DNA of 64,000 bases from contig JAYRGU010000009.1 of the NCBI GenBank assembly GCA_041907685.1, forward strand, positions 1,195 through 65,194, given 5' to 3'. This DNA comes from Prevotella sp. Lineage in GTDB: Bacteria > Bacteroidota > Bacteroidia > Bacteroidales > Bacteroidaceae. Made by a program: the position numbers and the translations under genes. Under the pieces are notes generated by a model. That model was not told where the DNA came from. It made no database searches and was given only the letters and a program-made list of their open reading frames with translations. Below, piece after piece: positions 22,368-35,600 of the stretch (position 1 is the stretch's first letter; every line of letters begins with the position of its first letter).

Positions 22368-22661
22368 TTAAATATTGCTGTAAAAATCTATAGTTTCACC
22401 GTCTTTTAATGTGACGATTGCTTTCTTAAACGCATTCTTTTGTCCTTTTACAAGACCTGCCTTTGTATAACGGCTTGAGCGCTTACCTGCATAACGAACA
22501 GTGTTTACATCTACAACTGTAACATTGTATAATCCTTCAATTTCTTTCTTAATTTCAAGCTTATTAGCCTCAGGACGCACAATGAAGCCATAGCGACTAG
22601 GCTGCTTCTCTGTTATCTTGGTCATTTTTTCAGTGACCAATGGTTTTATTATATTTGCCAT
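22368..22661 (-). CDS. rplW: 50S ribosomal protein L23
   Basis: PLVTEK, KKAIVTL. Confidence 0.98.
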   Translation of the reverse strand: MANIIKPLVTEKMTKITEKQPSRYGFIVRPEANKLEIKKEIEGLYNVTVVDVNTVRYAGKRSSRYTKAGLVKGQKNAFKKAIVTLKDGETIDFYSNI

Positions 22662-22673
22662 ATTATTGCCTCC

Positions 22674-23303
22674 TTATTTTGTTAAGATTCCATCGATAGT
22701 TAACAACGATTTCTCTGTCACAACAATCACATCAGCATTCAAAACTTTATAAGCATTGAGTGCAGACGCTAGTATAACTTCGCTACGTTGCAAGTTACGA
22801 GCTGACAAATATACGCTTTTATTTGCTTCTGGCAAAATATATAACACTTTCTTATTGTCAACTTTAAGATTTTTTGACATTTCTACAAACTCTTTAGTCT
22901 TAGGAGTCTCAAAATTAAAATCTTCAACAATAAGTATTGCACTATCTTGCGCCTTATAAGACAAAGCGCTCTTACGAGCAAGAACTTTTACTTTTTTGTT
23001 TAGTTTAAAACGATAATCACGTGGTTTAGGACCGAAGACACGACCACCACCAACTAAAATTGGTGAATTGATATCACCACGACGAGCACCGCCACCGCCT
23101 TTCTGGCGTCCCAACTTACGAGTTGAACCAGAAATTTCACTTCTCTCTTTTGATTTAGCCGTACCCTGACGCTGATTTGCGAGATATTGCTTTACATCAA
23201 GATAGAGAACATGGTCATTGGGTGCTATTCCGAAGATAGATTCGTTTAACGTAACCTTTCTTCCAGTGTCTTCACCTTTGATATTTAATACGTTAATTTC
23301 CAT
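22674..23303 (-). CDS. rplD: 50S ribosomal protein L4
   Basis: [27 protein letters not shown]. Confidence 0.99.
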   Translation of the reverse strand: MEINVLNIKGEDTGRKVTLNESIFGIAPNDHVLYLDVKQYLANQRQGTAKSKERSEISGSTRKLGRQKGGGGARRGDINSPILVGGGRVFGPKPRDYRFKLNKKVKVLARKSALSYKAQDSAILIVEDFNFETPKTKEFVEMSKNLKVDNKKVLYILPEANKSVYLSARNLQRSEVILASALNAYKVLNADVIVVTEKSLLTIDGILTK

Positions 23304-23917
23304 TATTTCTCAATTAATACGGTTGAACCATTGCAACCAGCTACAGAACCTTTAACAAGAATAAGGTTATGCTCCGGTATTACTTTTAAAACTTTGAGAT
23401 TCTGAGTTGTCACTCTATCTCCTCCCATTTGGCCACCCATGCGCATTCCTTTAAAGACCTTGGCAGGGTAAGAACAAGCACCGATAGAACCTGGCTTACG
23501 TAGACGGTCATCCTGACCGTGTGTACTCTGTCCAACTCCACCAAAACCATGACGTTTTACAACGCCCTGGAAACCATGTCCCTTAGATGTTCCTACAACA
23601 TCAACAAAATTAGCACCCTCGAAGATATCTACAGTGATTGTATCACCTAGATTATATTCTTCATCAAACTTGAACTCAACCAAGTGTCTCTTAGGTGTTG
23701 TACCTGCTTTTTTAAAACATCCCATCATAGGTTTTGTGGTATTTTTTTCTTTAGCTTCACCAAAACCTAGCTGAATTGCTTTGTAACCGTCTGTTTCAAC
23801 AGTTTTAACTTGGGTAACAACACAAGGACCAGCTTCGATAACAGTGCACGGTACATTTTTACCGTCGGCACTGAAAACGGATGTCATTCCGATTTTTTTT
23901 CCAATTAATCCTGGCAT
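23303..23917 (-). CDS. rplC: 50S ribosomal protein L3
   Basis: [20 protein letters not shown]. Confidence 0.99.
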   Translation of the reverse strand: MPGLIGKKIGMTSVFSADGKNVPCTVIEAGPCVVTQVKTVETDGYKAIQLGFGEAKEKNTTKPMMGCFKKAGTTPKRHLVEFKFDEEYNLGDTITVDIFEGANFVDVVGTSKGHGFQGVVKRHGFGGVGQSTHGQDDRLRKPGSIGACSYPAKVFKGMRMGGQMGGDRVTTQNLKVLKVIPEHNLILVKGSVAGCNGSTVLIEK

Positions 23918-23938
23918 TTCAATTAATATTAAAAATTA

Positions 23939-24244
23939 CTATACTTTTATTTCTACTTCAACACCGCTTGGCAATTCAAGTTTCATAAGTGCATCAACAG
24001 TTTTAGCAGTAGAGCTATAAATGTCTATAAGACGTTTAAAGTCACTCAGTTGAAACTGCTCGCGAGCTTTCTTATTAACGAATGTACTACGGTTTACCGT
24101 ATAGATGCGTTTGTGCGTTGGCAATGGAATAGGACCGCTAACTATAGCACCTGTCGCCTTTACAGCCTTCACAATTTTTTCTGCTGACTTATCAACCAAT
24201 TTATGGTCATAAGACTTCAGTTTAATTCTAATTTTCTGACTCAT
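23939..24244 (-). CDS. rpsJ: 30S ribosomal protein S10
   Basis: [16 protein letters not shown]. Confidence 0.99.
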   Translation of the reverse strand: MSQKIRIKLKSYDHKLVDKSAEKIVKAVKATGAIVSGPIPLPTHKRIYTVNRSTFVNKKAREQFQLSDFKRLIDIYSSTAKTVDALMKLELPSGVEVEIKV

Positions 24245-24332
24245 TGTTTTTATTATTAAATTATACTATAGAAATAGGGTTAACTGTTTAAGAGTCATTC
24301 GCTAAACAGTTTCCCTATTCTTATAAATATTT

Positions 24333-26450
24333 CTAAACTAAATCAGCACGTCCCTTTACCTCTTCAAGAACAGCTTTAGCAATTGAACTTGACATAGGAG
24401 CATGATGATCATATTCCATTGAACTTGTAGCACGCCCTGATGTAATAGTACGAAGTGCGGTTACATATCCAAACATCTCAGACAAAGGAACTTTAGCTTT
24501 AATTACACGAGCGCCACTTCGCGCTTCGTCCATACCTTCTACTTGGCCACGACGTTTATTTAAGTCACCTATAACATCACCCATATTCTCTTCAGGAGTA
24601 ATAACCTCAAGTTTCATTACTGGTTCCATGAGAACAGGGCCAGCTTTAATACAGCCATTCTTATAAGCATTTATCGCAGCTAGCTCAAACGATAATTGGT
24701 CAGAGTCTACAGGATGGAAAGAACCGTCAACAAGAACGACTTTCAAGCTATCCATTGGATAGCCACCCAAAACGCCATTTTTCATTGCATTCTCAAATCC
24801 TTTCTGAACTGAAGGGATAAATTCTTTTGGAATATTACCACCTTTAACTTCATTCACAAATTGCAGACCTCCTTCTTTAAAGTCAGGGTCTACAGGACCT
24901 ATATTAACTATAATATCCGCAAATTTACCACGACCACCACTCTGTTTCTTATAAACTTCACGAAGATTAACAGTTTTAGTAATAGCCTCTTTATAATTAA
25001 CCTGAGGTTTACCTTGATTACATTCTACCTTAAACTCACGTTTCAAACGATCAATAATAATGTCAAGGTGAAGTTCACCCATACCAGAAATAATAGTTTG
25101 TCCGCTCTGTTCATCTGTACGTACAGTAAATGTAGGATCTTCTTCTGCCAATTTAGAAAGCCCAGTATCCATCTTTGCGACATCAGCTTGACTTTTTGGC
25201 TCTACAGCAACTGAAATAACAGTATCAGGGAATGTCATTGATTCGAGTACTATAGGCTTATTTTCATCACAGAGAGTATCACCAGTACGAATATCTTTAA
25301 AACCAACACCGGCGCCAATATCTCCAGCATCAATTGACTCCATTGGTATTTCTTTGTTAGAGTTCATTTGGAAAAGACGGCTAATGCGCTCTTTCTTACC
25401 TGAACGAGGATTATATACATAAGAACCAGCAGAGACTTTACCAGAATAAACGCGGAAGAACACCAAACGTCCCATATATGGATCTGTAGCTATTTTGAAC
25501 GCTAAAGCTGATGTAGGCTCCTCATCACTTGGTTTGCGATCCTCTTCTTCATCTGTATCAGGATTTGTACCTATAATATTCTCTGTATCCAAAGGAGAAG
25601 GAAGGAAAGCACATGTATAATCTAATAAAGGCTGTACGCCCTTATTTTTATAAGAAGATCCACAAATCATAGGTGTACATTCCATCTTAACGGTACCCTT
25701 ACGGATTGCAGCTATAACTTCAGCTTCAGAAATTGATGTTGGATCATCAAAATATTTTTCCATCAAAGATTCATCATAATCTGCTGCAGATTCCAACAGT
25801 TTATTTCTCCATTCATCGCATTCATCCTTAAGATCAGCAGGTATATCCTCAATTGAATATTCTGCACCCATAGTTTCATCATGCCATAAAATAGCCTTCA
25901 TTTTTATAAGGTCTACAACACCTTTAAAATTTTCCTCAGCTCCAATTGGTACTTGAAGGACAATAGGATTTGCGCCTAAAATAGTTTTCATCTGATGAAC
26001 AGTCTCAAAGAAATCTGCGCCAGAACGATCCATCTTATTAACATATCCTATACGTGGAACATTGTATTTGTCAGCCTGACGCCAAACCGTCTCAGACTGT
26101 GGCTGAACGCCATCAGCTGCAGAATAAGTAGCAACAGCGCCATCCAAGACACGCAGAGAACGTTCTACTTCAGCTGTAAAATCAACATGCCCTGGAGTAT
26201 CAATCAAATTAATTTTATACTCATCACCATTCCAGTTCCAGTTACACGTTGTAGCAGCAGATGTAATAGTAATACCACGTTCTTGCTCTTGAGCCATCCA
26301 GTCCATTGTTGCTGCTCCATCGTGTACCTCACCAATCTTATGAGTTTTTCCTGTATAATATAGGATTCGCTCAGAAGTTGTGGTTTTACCAGCATCAATG
26401 TGAGCCATAATGCCGATATTACGAGTCAAATGTAAATCTTGTTTTGCCAT
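24333..26450 (-). CDS. fusA: Elongation factor G
   Basis: [30 protein letters not shown]. Confidence 0.99.
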   Translation of the reverse strand: MAKQDLHLTRNIGIMAHIDAGKTTTSERILYYTGKTHKIGEVHDGAATMDWMAQEQERGITITSAATTCNWNWNGDEYKINLIDTPGHVDFTAEVERSLRVLDGAVATYSAADGVQPQSETVWRQADKYNVPRIGYVNKMDRSGADFFETVHQMKTILGANPIVLQVPIGAEENFKGVVDLIKMKAILWHDETMGAEYSIEDIPADLKDECDEWRNKLLESAADYDESLMEKYFDDPTSISEAEVIAAIRKGTVKMECTPMICGSSYKNKGVQPLLDYTCAFLPSPLDTENIIGTNPDTDEEEDRKPSDEEPTSALAFKIATDPYMGRLVFFRVYSGKVSAGSYVYNPRSGKKERISRLFQMNSNKEIPMESIDAGDIGAGVGFKDIRTGDTLCDENKPIVLESMTFPDTVISVAVEPKSQADVAKMDTGLSKLAEEDPTFTVRTDEQSGQTIISGMGELHLDIIIDRLKREFKVECNQGKPQVNYKEAITKTVNLREVYKKQSGGRGKFADIIVNIGPVDPDFKEGGLQFVNEVKGGNIPKEFIPSVQKGFENAMKNGVLGGYPMDSLKVVLVDGSFHPVDSDQLSFELAAINAYKNGCIKAGPVLMEPVMKLEVITPEENMGDVIGDLNKRRGQVEGMDEARSGARVIKAKVPLSEMFGYVTALRTITSGRATSSMEYDHHAPMSSSIAKAVLEEVKGRADLV

Positions 26451-26478
26451 GATTCTTTTTACCTTTTTATATTACTAC

Positions 26479-26955
26479 TTAGAATCTAAAGTGAGCAAAA
26501 GCACGGTTGGCTTCAGCCATACGGTGCATATCTTCCTTACGCTTATAAGCACCACCCTGATTATTAAATGCATCCATTATTTCAGCAGCAAGTTTTTCCG
26601 CCATAGATTTTCCGCCACGTTTACGAGCGAAAGCTATCATATTTTTCATTGATATACTTTCCTTACGGTCAGCGCGAATTTCCGTAGGTACTTGGAAAGT
26701 TGCGCCACCAATACGACGACTTTTAACTTCCACCTGCGGTGTTATATTATCAAGAGCATTTTTCCAGATTTCAAGAGATGATTTTTCTTCATTTGCCATT
26801 TTCTCCTTAACTGCATCTAAAGCATTGTAGAAAATTTCATATGAAGTACTTTTCTTTCCATCATACATTAGGTGATTTACGAACTTTGAGACCTTTTGGT
26901 CATTGTAAACTGGATCTGGTAAGATCACGCGTTTCTTTGGTTTTGCTTTTCTCAT
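26479..26955 (-). CDS. rpsG: 30S ribosomal protein S7
   Basis: [23 protein letters not shown]. Confidence 0.99.
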   Translation of the reverse strand: MRKAKPKKRVILPDPVYNDQKVSKFVNHLMYDGKKSTSYEIFYNALDAVKEKMANEEKSSLEIWKNALDNITPQVEVKSRRIGGATFQVPTEIRADRKESISMKNMIAFARKRGGKSMAEKLAAEIMDAFNNQGGAYKRKEDMHRMAEANRAFAHFRF

Positions 26956-27080
26956 TTTTAAAAAAATTAATTCTGCATGGGGTTGTATTTATTTGTTCTT
27001 CAACACTTACACTCAAGCATTTACTCAACCTGTATAACATTTCTCCAGCAAAACGTTTAATAAATTATTAACCTTACAGC

Positions 27081-27461
27081 TTATTTCTTAGCCTTTGGAC
27101 GTTTAGCACCGTATTTAGAACGACGCTGTGTTCGATTAGCGACACCAGCAGTATCCAATGTACCACGAACGATGTGATAACGTACACCAGGAAGATCCTT
27201 CACACGTCCGCCACGAACTAAAACGATAGAGTGTTCTTGCAAGTTATGTCCTTCTCCAGGTATGTAAGAGTTAACCTCTTTCTGATTTGTTAAACGGACA
27301 CGGGCAACTTTTCTCATCGCCGAATTAGGCTTCTTTGGCGTTGTTGTATAAACACGAACACAAACACCACGACGCTGAGGACATGAGTCCAAAGCTGGTG
27401 ATTTGCTCTTGTCAACAAGCACCTTTCTACCTTTTCTTACCAATTGTTGAATTGTAGGCAT
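27081..27461 (-). CDS. rpsL: 30S ribosomal protein S12
   Basis: [18 protein letters not shown]. Confidence 0.99.
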   Translation of the reverse strand: MPTIQQLVRKGRKVLVDKSKSPALDSCPQRRGVCVRVYTTTPKKPNSAMRKVARVRLTNQKEVNSYIPGEGHNLQEHSIVLVRGGRVKDLPGVRYHIVRGTLDTAGVANRTQRRSKYGAKRPKAKK

Positions 27462-27540
27462 TTTATTACTTTTTTAATTTATATATTATTTATTATTGTC
27501 AACTTGTTATGCAACGATCACAATAGACCATTTTGGGCTG

Positions 27541-27548
27541 CAAAGGTA
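27541..27548 (-). promoter_or_regulatory. -7 promoter element (TACCTTTG) of the str/S10/spc/alpha transcript
   Basis: TACCTTTGCAGCCC, a canonical Bacteroidetes promoter, 80 nt upstream of rpsL. Confidence 0.75.
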
Positions 27549-27707
27549 CTAATAATTATTCAAAATACCTAATTTAAGGAAAGCCAAAAAGAGCTCTCCT
27601 TTATTTATTTTACTTAATATACATTTTTTTAACTTTAATTTATACATTAAAGTGCGAATATATACTACCACATGTAAACACGACAAGCATAAAGAAGCAT
27701 ACAGAAT

Positions 27708-28028
27708 TTACGCCTCGCCCTTGTTGATGTTAAAAGGGGCTATTATCCGTTCTTGTTGATCTGGAATTTTTATTTTCCCAAAATCATTTTCGTACCGCAG
27801 TATATTCTCTTGCAAAGCCTGCAATAAACGCTTAGCATGTTCAGGAGCTAATATAACTCGACTTCTAACAACAGCCTTAGGTATTCCAGGTAATATTCTT
27901 GCGAAATCAAGAACAAAATCGGAACTAGAATGTGTTATTATTGCAAAATTAGCATATTCACCCTGCGCTATGTCTTGGGGTAATTCAATTTGAAATTGAT
28001 CTTGTGTTTTGTTTGGTTCGTCAGTCAT
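27708..28028 (-). CDS. DUF3467 family protein
   Basis: GEYANFAIITHSSSDFVLDF...SRVILAPEHAKRL. Start moved to ATG 28028 because the promoter TACCTTTG (28055-28062) lies inside the longer ORF. Confidence 0.85.
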   Translation of the reverse strand: MTDEPNKTQDQFQIELPQDIAQGEYANFAIITHSSSDFVLDFARILPGIPKAVVRSRVILAPEHAKRLLQALQENILRYENDFGKIKIPDQQERIIAPFNINKGEA

Positions 28029-28200
28029 TTTGTTATTCTTTATAGTATATGTTACAAAGGTAAACATTTTTTTTTAAAAAGCAAAAAGCTACACATAAGC
28101 TTTTTAATTTTACATACTAAAATAGATTAAAATAAAATATTAAAAGTCATATCATTAGTTAACTAATGACATAAAGTACACCTATGGTGCTTTAAATAAA

Positions 28201-28235
28201 TAAGGGCTATAACAATATTATTGTTACAGCCCTTA
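28201..28235 (-). terminator. Terminator after rpoC
   Basis: TAAGGGCTATAACAATA / TATTGTTACAGCCCTTA stem, T-rich downstream on the minus strand. Confidence 0.75.
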
Positions 28236-28244
28236 TATAAATAT

Positions 28245-31200
28245 TTACTCTACTGTTTTCTGTTCTGAATCAATGGAGTCTGATTGTTGACCAGCGAAAT
28301 CAAGAACATTCCGTTTATTAGCTATCATACGTTCATATTCTTCCTTAGAGCCAACCACCAATTTATCGAACTCTCTTAAACCTGTTCCAGCAGGTATCAA
28401 ATGTCCGCAAATCACATTTTCTTTCATGCCCTCTAGTCTATCGACTTTACCGCGAATAGCAGCCTCATTCAAGACCTTTGTGGTCTCCTGGAATGATGCA
28501 GCAGACATAAAGCTCTTTGTCTGTAAAGCAGCACGAGTAATACCTTGTAAAATCTGAGTAGAAGTTGCAGGTACCGCATCACGAACCTGAATCAATTTAA
28601 GATCTCGTCGCTTTAGAAGTGAGTTTTCGTCACGTAATTTGCGAGCTGTTACAATTTGACCTTTCCTAAAAGATTCACTGTCGCCTGCGTCAATAACAAC
28701 TTTTTTACCCCATATACGGTCATTCTCTTCTGCAAAATCCAATTTATCAACGATCTCCTGCTCCAAGAAGACTGTATCGCCAGGATCATTTATTTGTACC
28801 TTACGCATCATCTGACGAACGATTATCTCAAAGTGTTTATCATTAATTTTAACACCCTGCAGACGATAAACATCTTGTACTTCATTCACAATATATTCTT
28901 GTACAGCCGTAGGACCTTTAATTGCGAGGATATCAGCTGGTGTTATAACTCCGTCAGAGAGAGGCGTACCTGCTCTTACCGCATCATCTTGTTGAACAAG
29001 AATTTGCTTTCCTAAGTTAACAAGATATTTACGCTGTTCACCAGTTTTACTGGTTACTATGACCTCACGATTGCCACGTTTAACCTTGCCCATTGTGACG
29101 ACACCATCAATTTCAGATACGACAGCAGGATTTGATGGATTTCGAGCTTCAAACAGTTCAGTTACACGAGGAAGACCTCCAGTGATGTCTCCAGCCTTAC
29201 CGACAGCACGAGGAATCTTGACAATGGTTTCACCAGTCTTTACCGTTTGTCCATCATCAACGTTCAAGTGACCACCAACAGGGAAGTTATATGTACGAAC
29301 AACTTCACCTTTAGAATCAAGGATATCACAAGTAGGTACTTTATTTTTATCTTTAGACTCAGTTATAATCTTTTCTGTGAGACCTGAAGTTTCATCAGTT
29401 TCCGCACGATAGGTTACGCCCTCAATTACATCATTAAACTTCAATGTACCTGCATTTTCAGTAACAATTACAGCATTGAAAGGATCCCATTGAGCTATTT
29501 TCTCACCCTTCTTTACATTATCACCATCTTTGAAATATAATGAAGAGCCATAAGGAACATTGACCGTAGACAAAATAATTTTTGTATTTGCATCAACAAA
29601 ACGCAACTCTGTGAGTCGGCTAACGACCATCTGACATTCTTTTCCTTCTTCATCAAAAGGAACAGTACGCAACTCTTCGAATTCCAACTTACAATCATTT
29701 TTAGCAACGATAGCTGCATTAGCAGCAGCGTTTGCAGCGACACCACCAGCATGGAAAGTACGAAGTGTAAGCTGGGTTCCAGGCTCACCAATAGCTTGAG
29801 CAGCAATAACGCCAACAGCTTCACCTTTCTGAACCATACGGCTTGTTGCAAGATTACGACCATAACACTTTTTACATACGCCATGTTTGCTCTCGCAAGT
29901 AAGGACAGAACGTATTTCAACACTTTCAATAGGGCTATCCTCTATAATCTGAGCAATAGGCTCTGTGATTTCCTCACCTGCAGATATTATAAGTTCTCCA
30001 GTAGTTGGATGTATTATATCATGTACAGATACACGGCCCAAGATACGCTCGTATAATGTTGAAATAACTTCATCACCATTTTTGAGAGCCGTACAAACTA
30101 ATCCACGTAATGTTCCACAATCATCTTCATTTATTATTACATCATGAGAAACATCAACAAGACGACGAGTTAAATATCCCGCATCCGCTGTTTTCATAGC
30201 AGTATCAGCAAGACCTTTACGAGCACCGTGAGTAGAAATAAAGTATTCAAGTACGCTCATACCTTCTTTGAAGTTTGAAAGAATAGGGTTTTCAATAATC
30301 TGGGCACCCTCAGCACCGGCTTTCTGCGGTTTGGCCATAAGTCCACGCATACCAGATAACTGACGGATCTGATCTTTAGAACCACGGGCTCCAGAGTCAA
30401 GCATCATAAATACTGCATTAAATCCTTTATCAGCTTCTGTCATTTCTTTCATTAACACATTGCCCAAATCATTATTAACATGTGTCCATGTATCAATTAC
30501 CTGATTATAACGTTCATTATCTGTAATGAATCCCATGTTGTAGTTTTCAGTAATCTGACGAACTTCTTCATTACCCTTTTGAACCAAAGCCTCCTTTTCT
30601 GGCGGAACAATAATATCATCAAGATTGAATGAAAGTCCAGCTAAATAAGCCATTTTATAACCAAGGTTTTTAATTCCATCGAGGAATTCGCAAGCTCTTG
30701 CGGCACCAGAAGTTTTAATTACTTTTGCTATAATATCACGAAGACTCTTCTTAGATATAACTGCGTTTATGAATCCTACTTCATCTGGTATAATACCATT
30801 AACAATAACACGACCGACAGATGTTTCGACCATTTTTTTAACGATATTGCCATTATCATCAAGATCATTCACTATTACATGAACGCGAGCATGTAAATCA
30901 CATTTTCCTTCATTATGTGCTATTATTGCCTCTTCTGGTCCATAGAAAGTCAATCCCTCTCCTTTAGCATCAGGACGTATTTTTGTAATATAATACAGAC
31001 CTAGAACCATATCCTGTGAAGGTACAGTTATAGGAGCTCCATTAGCCGGGTTCAGAATATTGTGACTCTGAAGCATTAGTATTTGAGCCTCAAGAACAGC
31101 CTCATTACTTAAAGGTAGATGAACAGCCATCTGGTCACCATCAAAGTCCGCATTAAACGCAGTACAAGCCAATGGGTGCAACTGAATAGCTTTACCCTCG

Positions 31201-32588
31201 ATAAGTTTAGGCTGGAAAGCTTGAATACCGAGACGGTGTAGTGTAGGAGCACGGTTTAACATTACAGGATGTCCTTTCATTACATTCTCAAGTATATCCC
31301 AAATCACCGGTTCACGACGGTCTACAATTTTTTTAGCACTCTTAACCGTTTTTACGATACCGCGTTCAATCAATTTGCGAATTATGAACGGTTTATACAG
31401 CTCTGCAGCCATCAACTTTGGAAGTCCACACTCTCCCATTTTCAATTCAGGACCAACTACAATAACAGAACGAGCAGAATAGTCAACACGTTTGCCAAGA
31501 AGGTTCTGGCGAAAACGACCTTGTTTGCCTTTGAGCGAATCAGAAAGAGATTTCAATGGACGATTAGAGTCACTCTTAACAGCACTACTCTTACGGGAAT
31601 TATCAAACAAGCTGTCCACTGCTTCCTGCAACATACGTTTCTCATTACGTAAAATAACCTCAGGAGCTTTAATTTCCATTAGTCTCTTTAATCGGTTATT
31701 ACGTATTATGACACGACGATATAAATCATTCAGATCTGATGTAGCAAAGCGTCCACCGTCCAAAGGAACCAATGGGCGCAACTCAGGAGGTATAACAGGG
31801 ATAATTTTCATTATCATCCACTCCGGCCTATTAATGCCTTTGCTACCTCTAAAAGCCTCTACGACCTGTAAACGTTTTAATGCCTCATTTTTACGTTGCT
31901 GAGAAGAATCGCTATTTGCCCTATCTCTCAATTCATATGACAAAGAATCGAGATCAAGACGAACTAAAAGATCATTAATTGCCTCTGCACCCATTTTTGC
32001 AATGAATTTATTGGGATCATTATCTTCAAGGTATTCATTTTCCTGAGGTAAATTATCTACAATATCATTGTATTCATCTTCTGTCAATAGATCCATTAAA
32101 TGAGATCCGTTTAACTCATTATCATCTTGGTCTTTTCTACCTGCGACTATACCTGGTTGAATAACTACATATCGTTCATAATAAACGATAGCATCAAGTT
32201 TTTTAGTAGGGAGTCCAAGCAAATAACCTATTTTATTAGGCAATGAACGAAAATACCAGATATGGGCAACAGGTACGACTAATTCTATATGTCCAGAACG
32301 TTCACGACGTACTTTTTTCTCTGTTACTTCTACACCACATCGATCGCATACAATACCTTTATACCTGATACGTTTATACTTACCACAAGCGCATTCATAA
32401 TCCTTTGTTGGACCAAATATACGTTCGCAGAACAAACCATCGCGTTCAGGCTTATATGTACGATAATTTATGGTTTCAGGTTTTGTAACCTCACCATACG
32501 AATTTTCTAGGATTTCTTCAGGAGAAGCCAATCCTATGGTAATCTTCGTAAATACACTCTTTATCTTTGAATCTTTTTTAAAAGCCAT
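28245..32588 (-). CDS. rpoC: RNA polymerase beta' subunit
   Basis: NADFDGD catalytic motif, zinc-finger cysteines, SAASFQET. Confidence 0.99.
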   Translation of the reverse strand: MAFKKDSKIKSVFTKITIGLASPEEILENSYGEVTKPETINYRTYKPERDGLFCERIFGPTKDYECACGKYKRIRYKGIVCDRCGVEVTEKKVRRERSGHIELVVPVAHIWYFRSLPNKIGYLLGLPTKKLDAIVYYERYVVIQPGIVAGRKDQDDNELNGSHLMDLLTEDEYNDIVDNLPQENEYLEDNDPNKFIAKMGAEAINDLLVRLDLDSLSYELRDRANSDSSQQRKNEALKRLQVVEAFRGSKGINRPEWMIMKIIPVIPPELRPLVPLDGGRFATSDLNDLYRRVIIRNNRLKRLMEIKAPEVILRNEKRMLQEAVDSLFDNSRKSSAVKSDSNRPLKSLSDSLKGKQGRFRQNLLGKRVDYSARSVIVVGPELKMGECGLPKLMAAELYKPFIIRKLIERGIVKTVKSAKKIVDRREPVIWDILENVMKGHPVMLNRAPTLHRLGIQAFQPKLIEGKAIQLHPLACTAFNADFDGDQMAVHLPLSNEAVLEAQILMLQSHNILNPANGAPITVPSQDMVLGLYYITKIRPDAKGEGLTFYGPEEAIIAHNEGKCDLHARVHVIVNDLDDNGNIVKKMVETSVGRVIVNGIIPDEVGFINAVISKKSLRDIIAKVIKTSGAARACEFLDGIKNLGYKMAYLAGLSFNLDDIIVPPEKEALVQKGNEEVRQITENYNMGFITDNERYNQVIDTWTHVNNDLGNVLMKEMTEADKGFNAVFMMLDSGARGSKDQIRQLSGMRGLMAKPQKAGAEGAQIIENPILSNFKEGMSVLEYFISTHGARKGLADTAMKTADAGYLTRRLVDVSHDVIINEDDCGTLRGLVCTALKNGDEVISTLYERILGRVSVHDIIHPTTGELIISAGEEITEPIAQIIEDSPIESVEIRSVLTCESKHGVCKKCYGRNLATSRMVQKGEAVGVIAAQAIGEPGTQLTLRTFHAGGVAANAAANAAIVAKNDCKLEFEELRTVPFDEEGKECQMVVSRLTELRFVDANTKIILSTVNVPYGSSLYFKDGDNVKKGEKIAQWDPFNAVIVTENAGTLKFNDVIEGVTYRAETDETSGLTEKIITESKDKNKVPTCDILDSKGEVVRTYNFPVGGHLNVDDGQTVKTGETIVKIPRAVGKAGDITGGLPRVTELFEARNPSNPAVVSEIDGVVTMGKVKRGNREVIVTSKTGEQRKYLVNLGKQILVQQDDAVRAGTPLSDGVITPADILAIKGPTAVQEYIVNEVQDVYRLQGVKINDKHFEIIVRQMMRKVQINDPGDTVFLEQEIVDKLDFAEENDRIWGKKVVIDAGDSESFRKGQIVTARKLRDENSLLKRRDLKLIQVRDAVPATSTQILQGITRAALQTKSFMSAASFQETTKVLNEAAIRGKVDRLEGMKENVICGHLIPAGTGLREFDKLVVGSKEEYERMIANKRNVLDFAGQQSDSIDSEQKTVE

Positions 32589-32627
32589 AATTATTATATC
32601 TATGTTGTTATGTAAAGAGTTTAATTG

Positions 32628-35600
32628 TTAATCTAGAGTAATGCTTAAACCTAAGCCTCTCAATTCGTGCAACAACACGTTAAGAGATTCTGGTATACCC
32701 GGTGTTGGCATTGGTTCTCCTTTAACAATTGCTTCATAAGCCTTAGAACGTCCAACGACATCATCAGACTTTATAGTTAGAACCTCTTGCAATACATGAC
32801 TTGCGCCAAATGCCTCAAGAGCCCAAACCTCCATTTCTCCGAAACGCTGTCCACCAAATTGTGCTTTACCACCGAGAGGTTGTTGTGTTATAAGAGAATA
32901 TGGTCCAATGCTACGGGCATGCATCTTATCCTCAACCATATGACCGAGTTTCAAGAAGTATGTTATACCAACAGTTGCAGGCTGATCAAAACGTTCGCCT
33001 GTTTCACCATCATAAAGATGAGTAGAACAAAGCCTTGGAAGGCCTGCCTTATCAGTCCATTCTTGTAAATCAGCTAGTTTAGCGCCATCAAAAATAGGAG
33101 TTGCAAATTTTATTCCTAATTTTCTACCTGCAGCACCAAGGATGGCTTCAAATATCTGTCCCAAATTCATACGAGAAGGCACACCTAATGGGTTGAGTAC
33201 CAAATCTACAGGACGGCCATCCTCTAAGAAAGGCATATCCTCCTGGCGTACAATTTTAGAAACGATACCCTTATTACCATGACGTCCTGCAAGTTTATCG
33301 CCAACACCTATTTTACGTTTCTTAGCAACATAAACCTTTGCCATCTGGAGAATTCCTGAAGGTAATTCATCACCAATAGTGATAGCAAACTTTCTACGTT
33401 TCTGTTCAGCATCAAGCAACTTAGACTTCTTTAAAAAGTTTATTATAAGTTTAGCAATAAGCTCATTAGTATGATCATCATTTGTCCATTTGTTAACCTG
33501 AATATCTGAGAATTCAAGAGCAGCAATACGAGCAATAACATCATTATCATTAAATTTACTTCCCTTATTGATAAGTTCTATACCAGCATAGTCTTTAATT
33601 CCTTGACAAATCTTATCTTCTGTAAGAGTCTCTATTTTAGCAATAAGTATTGCCTTCAAATCTTCAAGTTTTGCAGCATATTCGTCATCTATTTTCTGTA
33701 GGATAATTTTATCCTGTTGTTTCGATTGACGTGTTTTTACTGCACGAGAAAATAATTTTTTATCAATAACCACACCCGTCAGAGAAGGATTAGCCTTCAA
33801 AGAAGAATCCTTTACATCTCCAGCTTTATCTCCAAAAATAGCACGGAGTAGTTTTTCCTCAGGAGACGGATCACTCTCTCCCTTTGGTGAAATTTTACCA
33901 ATAAGGATATCACCTGGTTCAACTCGAGCACCAACTCTTATTATACCATTGTCATCCAAATCTTTTGTAGCTTCCTCACTTACGTTTGGAATATCACTTG
34001 TAAACTCCTCAACGCCACGTTTAGTTTCACGTACATCTAGAGAGTACTCATCAACATGTACAGATGTCAGCACATCCTCACGTACAATACGTTCGTTAAG
34101 AACGATAGCATCCTCATAATTGTACCCCTTCCAAGGCATGTAGGCCACTAATAGATTACGTCCAAGGGCAAGCTCTCCATTTTCGGTAGCATAACCCTCT
34201 GTAAGTATATCTCCAGCCTTTACTCTTTGTCCCTTGCTACAAATCGGGCGTAAGTCAATAGTCATACTTTGGTTAGTACGGCGGAATTTGGGTATACGAT
34301 ATTCCTTTAGAGCAGGTTCAAAACTTACATATTCTTCTTCCTCTGTACGATCATAGAGAATACGAATGGTTGTTGCATCTACATATTCTATAACACCTTC
34401 ACCCTCTGCAGTCACCATAGTACGAGAGTCTTCACAAACCTGTTTTTCAATTCCAGTACCGACAATTGGAGCCTCATTATGAAGCAATGGAACTGCCTGA
34501 CGCATCATGTTAGATCCCATCAATGCACGGTGAGCATCATCATGCTCCAAGAATGGAATCAAAGCAGCAGCGATAGACGCAATCTGCTGAGGAGATACAT
34601 CCATCAACTGAACCTCAGAAGGTGGAACAACTGGATAATCAGCATCCTGACGACATTTAACAAGATCGCGTATAAATGTACCATCATCATTAAGAGGCGC
34701 ATTTCCTTGACCTATAACAACATCAGACTCATCTTCTGCAGTAAAATATACGACATCTTTATTATCAAGATCTACTTTAGAATTACTTACTTTACGATAA
34801 GGAGTTTCGATGAAACCAAGTTCATTTATTTTAGCATAAACACATAAAGAAGATATCAAACCAATATTTGGTCCCTCTGGACTCTCTATAGGACAAAGAC
34901 GACCATAATGTGTATAATGAACATCACGAACCTCAAAACCAGCACGTTCACGAGAAAGTCCACCTGGTCCTAAAGCCGACATACGGCGTTTATGAGTGAC
35001 TTCTGCAAGAGGGTTTGTTTGGTCCATAAACTGAGAAAGAGCATTTGTTCCAAAGAACGAATTGATAACACTAGAAATAGTCTTAGCATTAATCAAGTCT
35101 GTTGGAGTAAACACCTCATTATCACGTACATTCATGCGTTCCTTAATAGTACGACTCATACGTGCTAAACCAATAGAGAACTGATTACCCAACTGTTCTC
35201 CTACTGTTCTCACACGACGGTTACTCAAATGGTCAATATCATCAACAGCAGCTTTAGAATTAATAAGCTGAATTAAATATTTTATAATCTCAATTATATC
35301 CTCTTTAGTCAAAACACGAACATCCATTCCTGTTTCGAGTCCAAGTTTTCTATTTATACGATATCTTCCTACTTCACCCAGATCGTATCTTTTATCAGAG
35401 AAGAACAAACCTTGAATCACCTCACGGGCTGTACTGTCATCAGGTGGATCTGCATTACGAAGCTGCCTATAAATATAAGTTACAGCCTCTTTTTCAGAGT
35501 TACTTGGGTCTTTTTGCAATGTATTAAAAATAATTGAGAAATCAGATGCTACAGACTCATCCTTATGAACAAGTACAGTATGTGCTCCACTGTCAATTAT

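Noticed and set aside
24245-24332. Absence of tuf after fusA and of adk after secY
   Set aside because: This is the usual Bacteroidota gene order; tuf is present in the tRNA-tuf-secE block.
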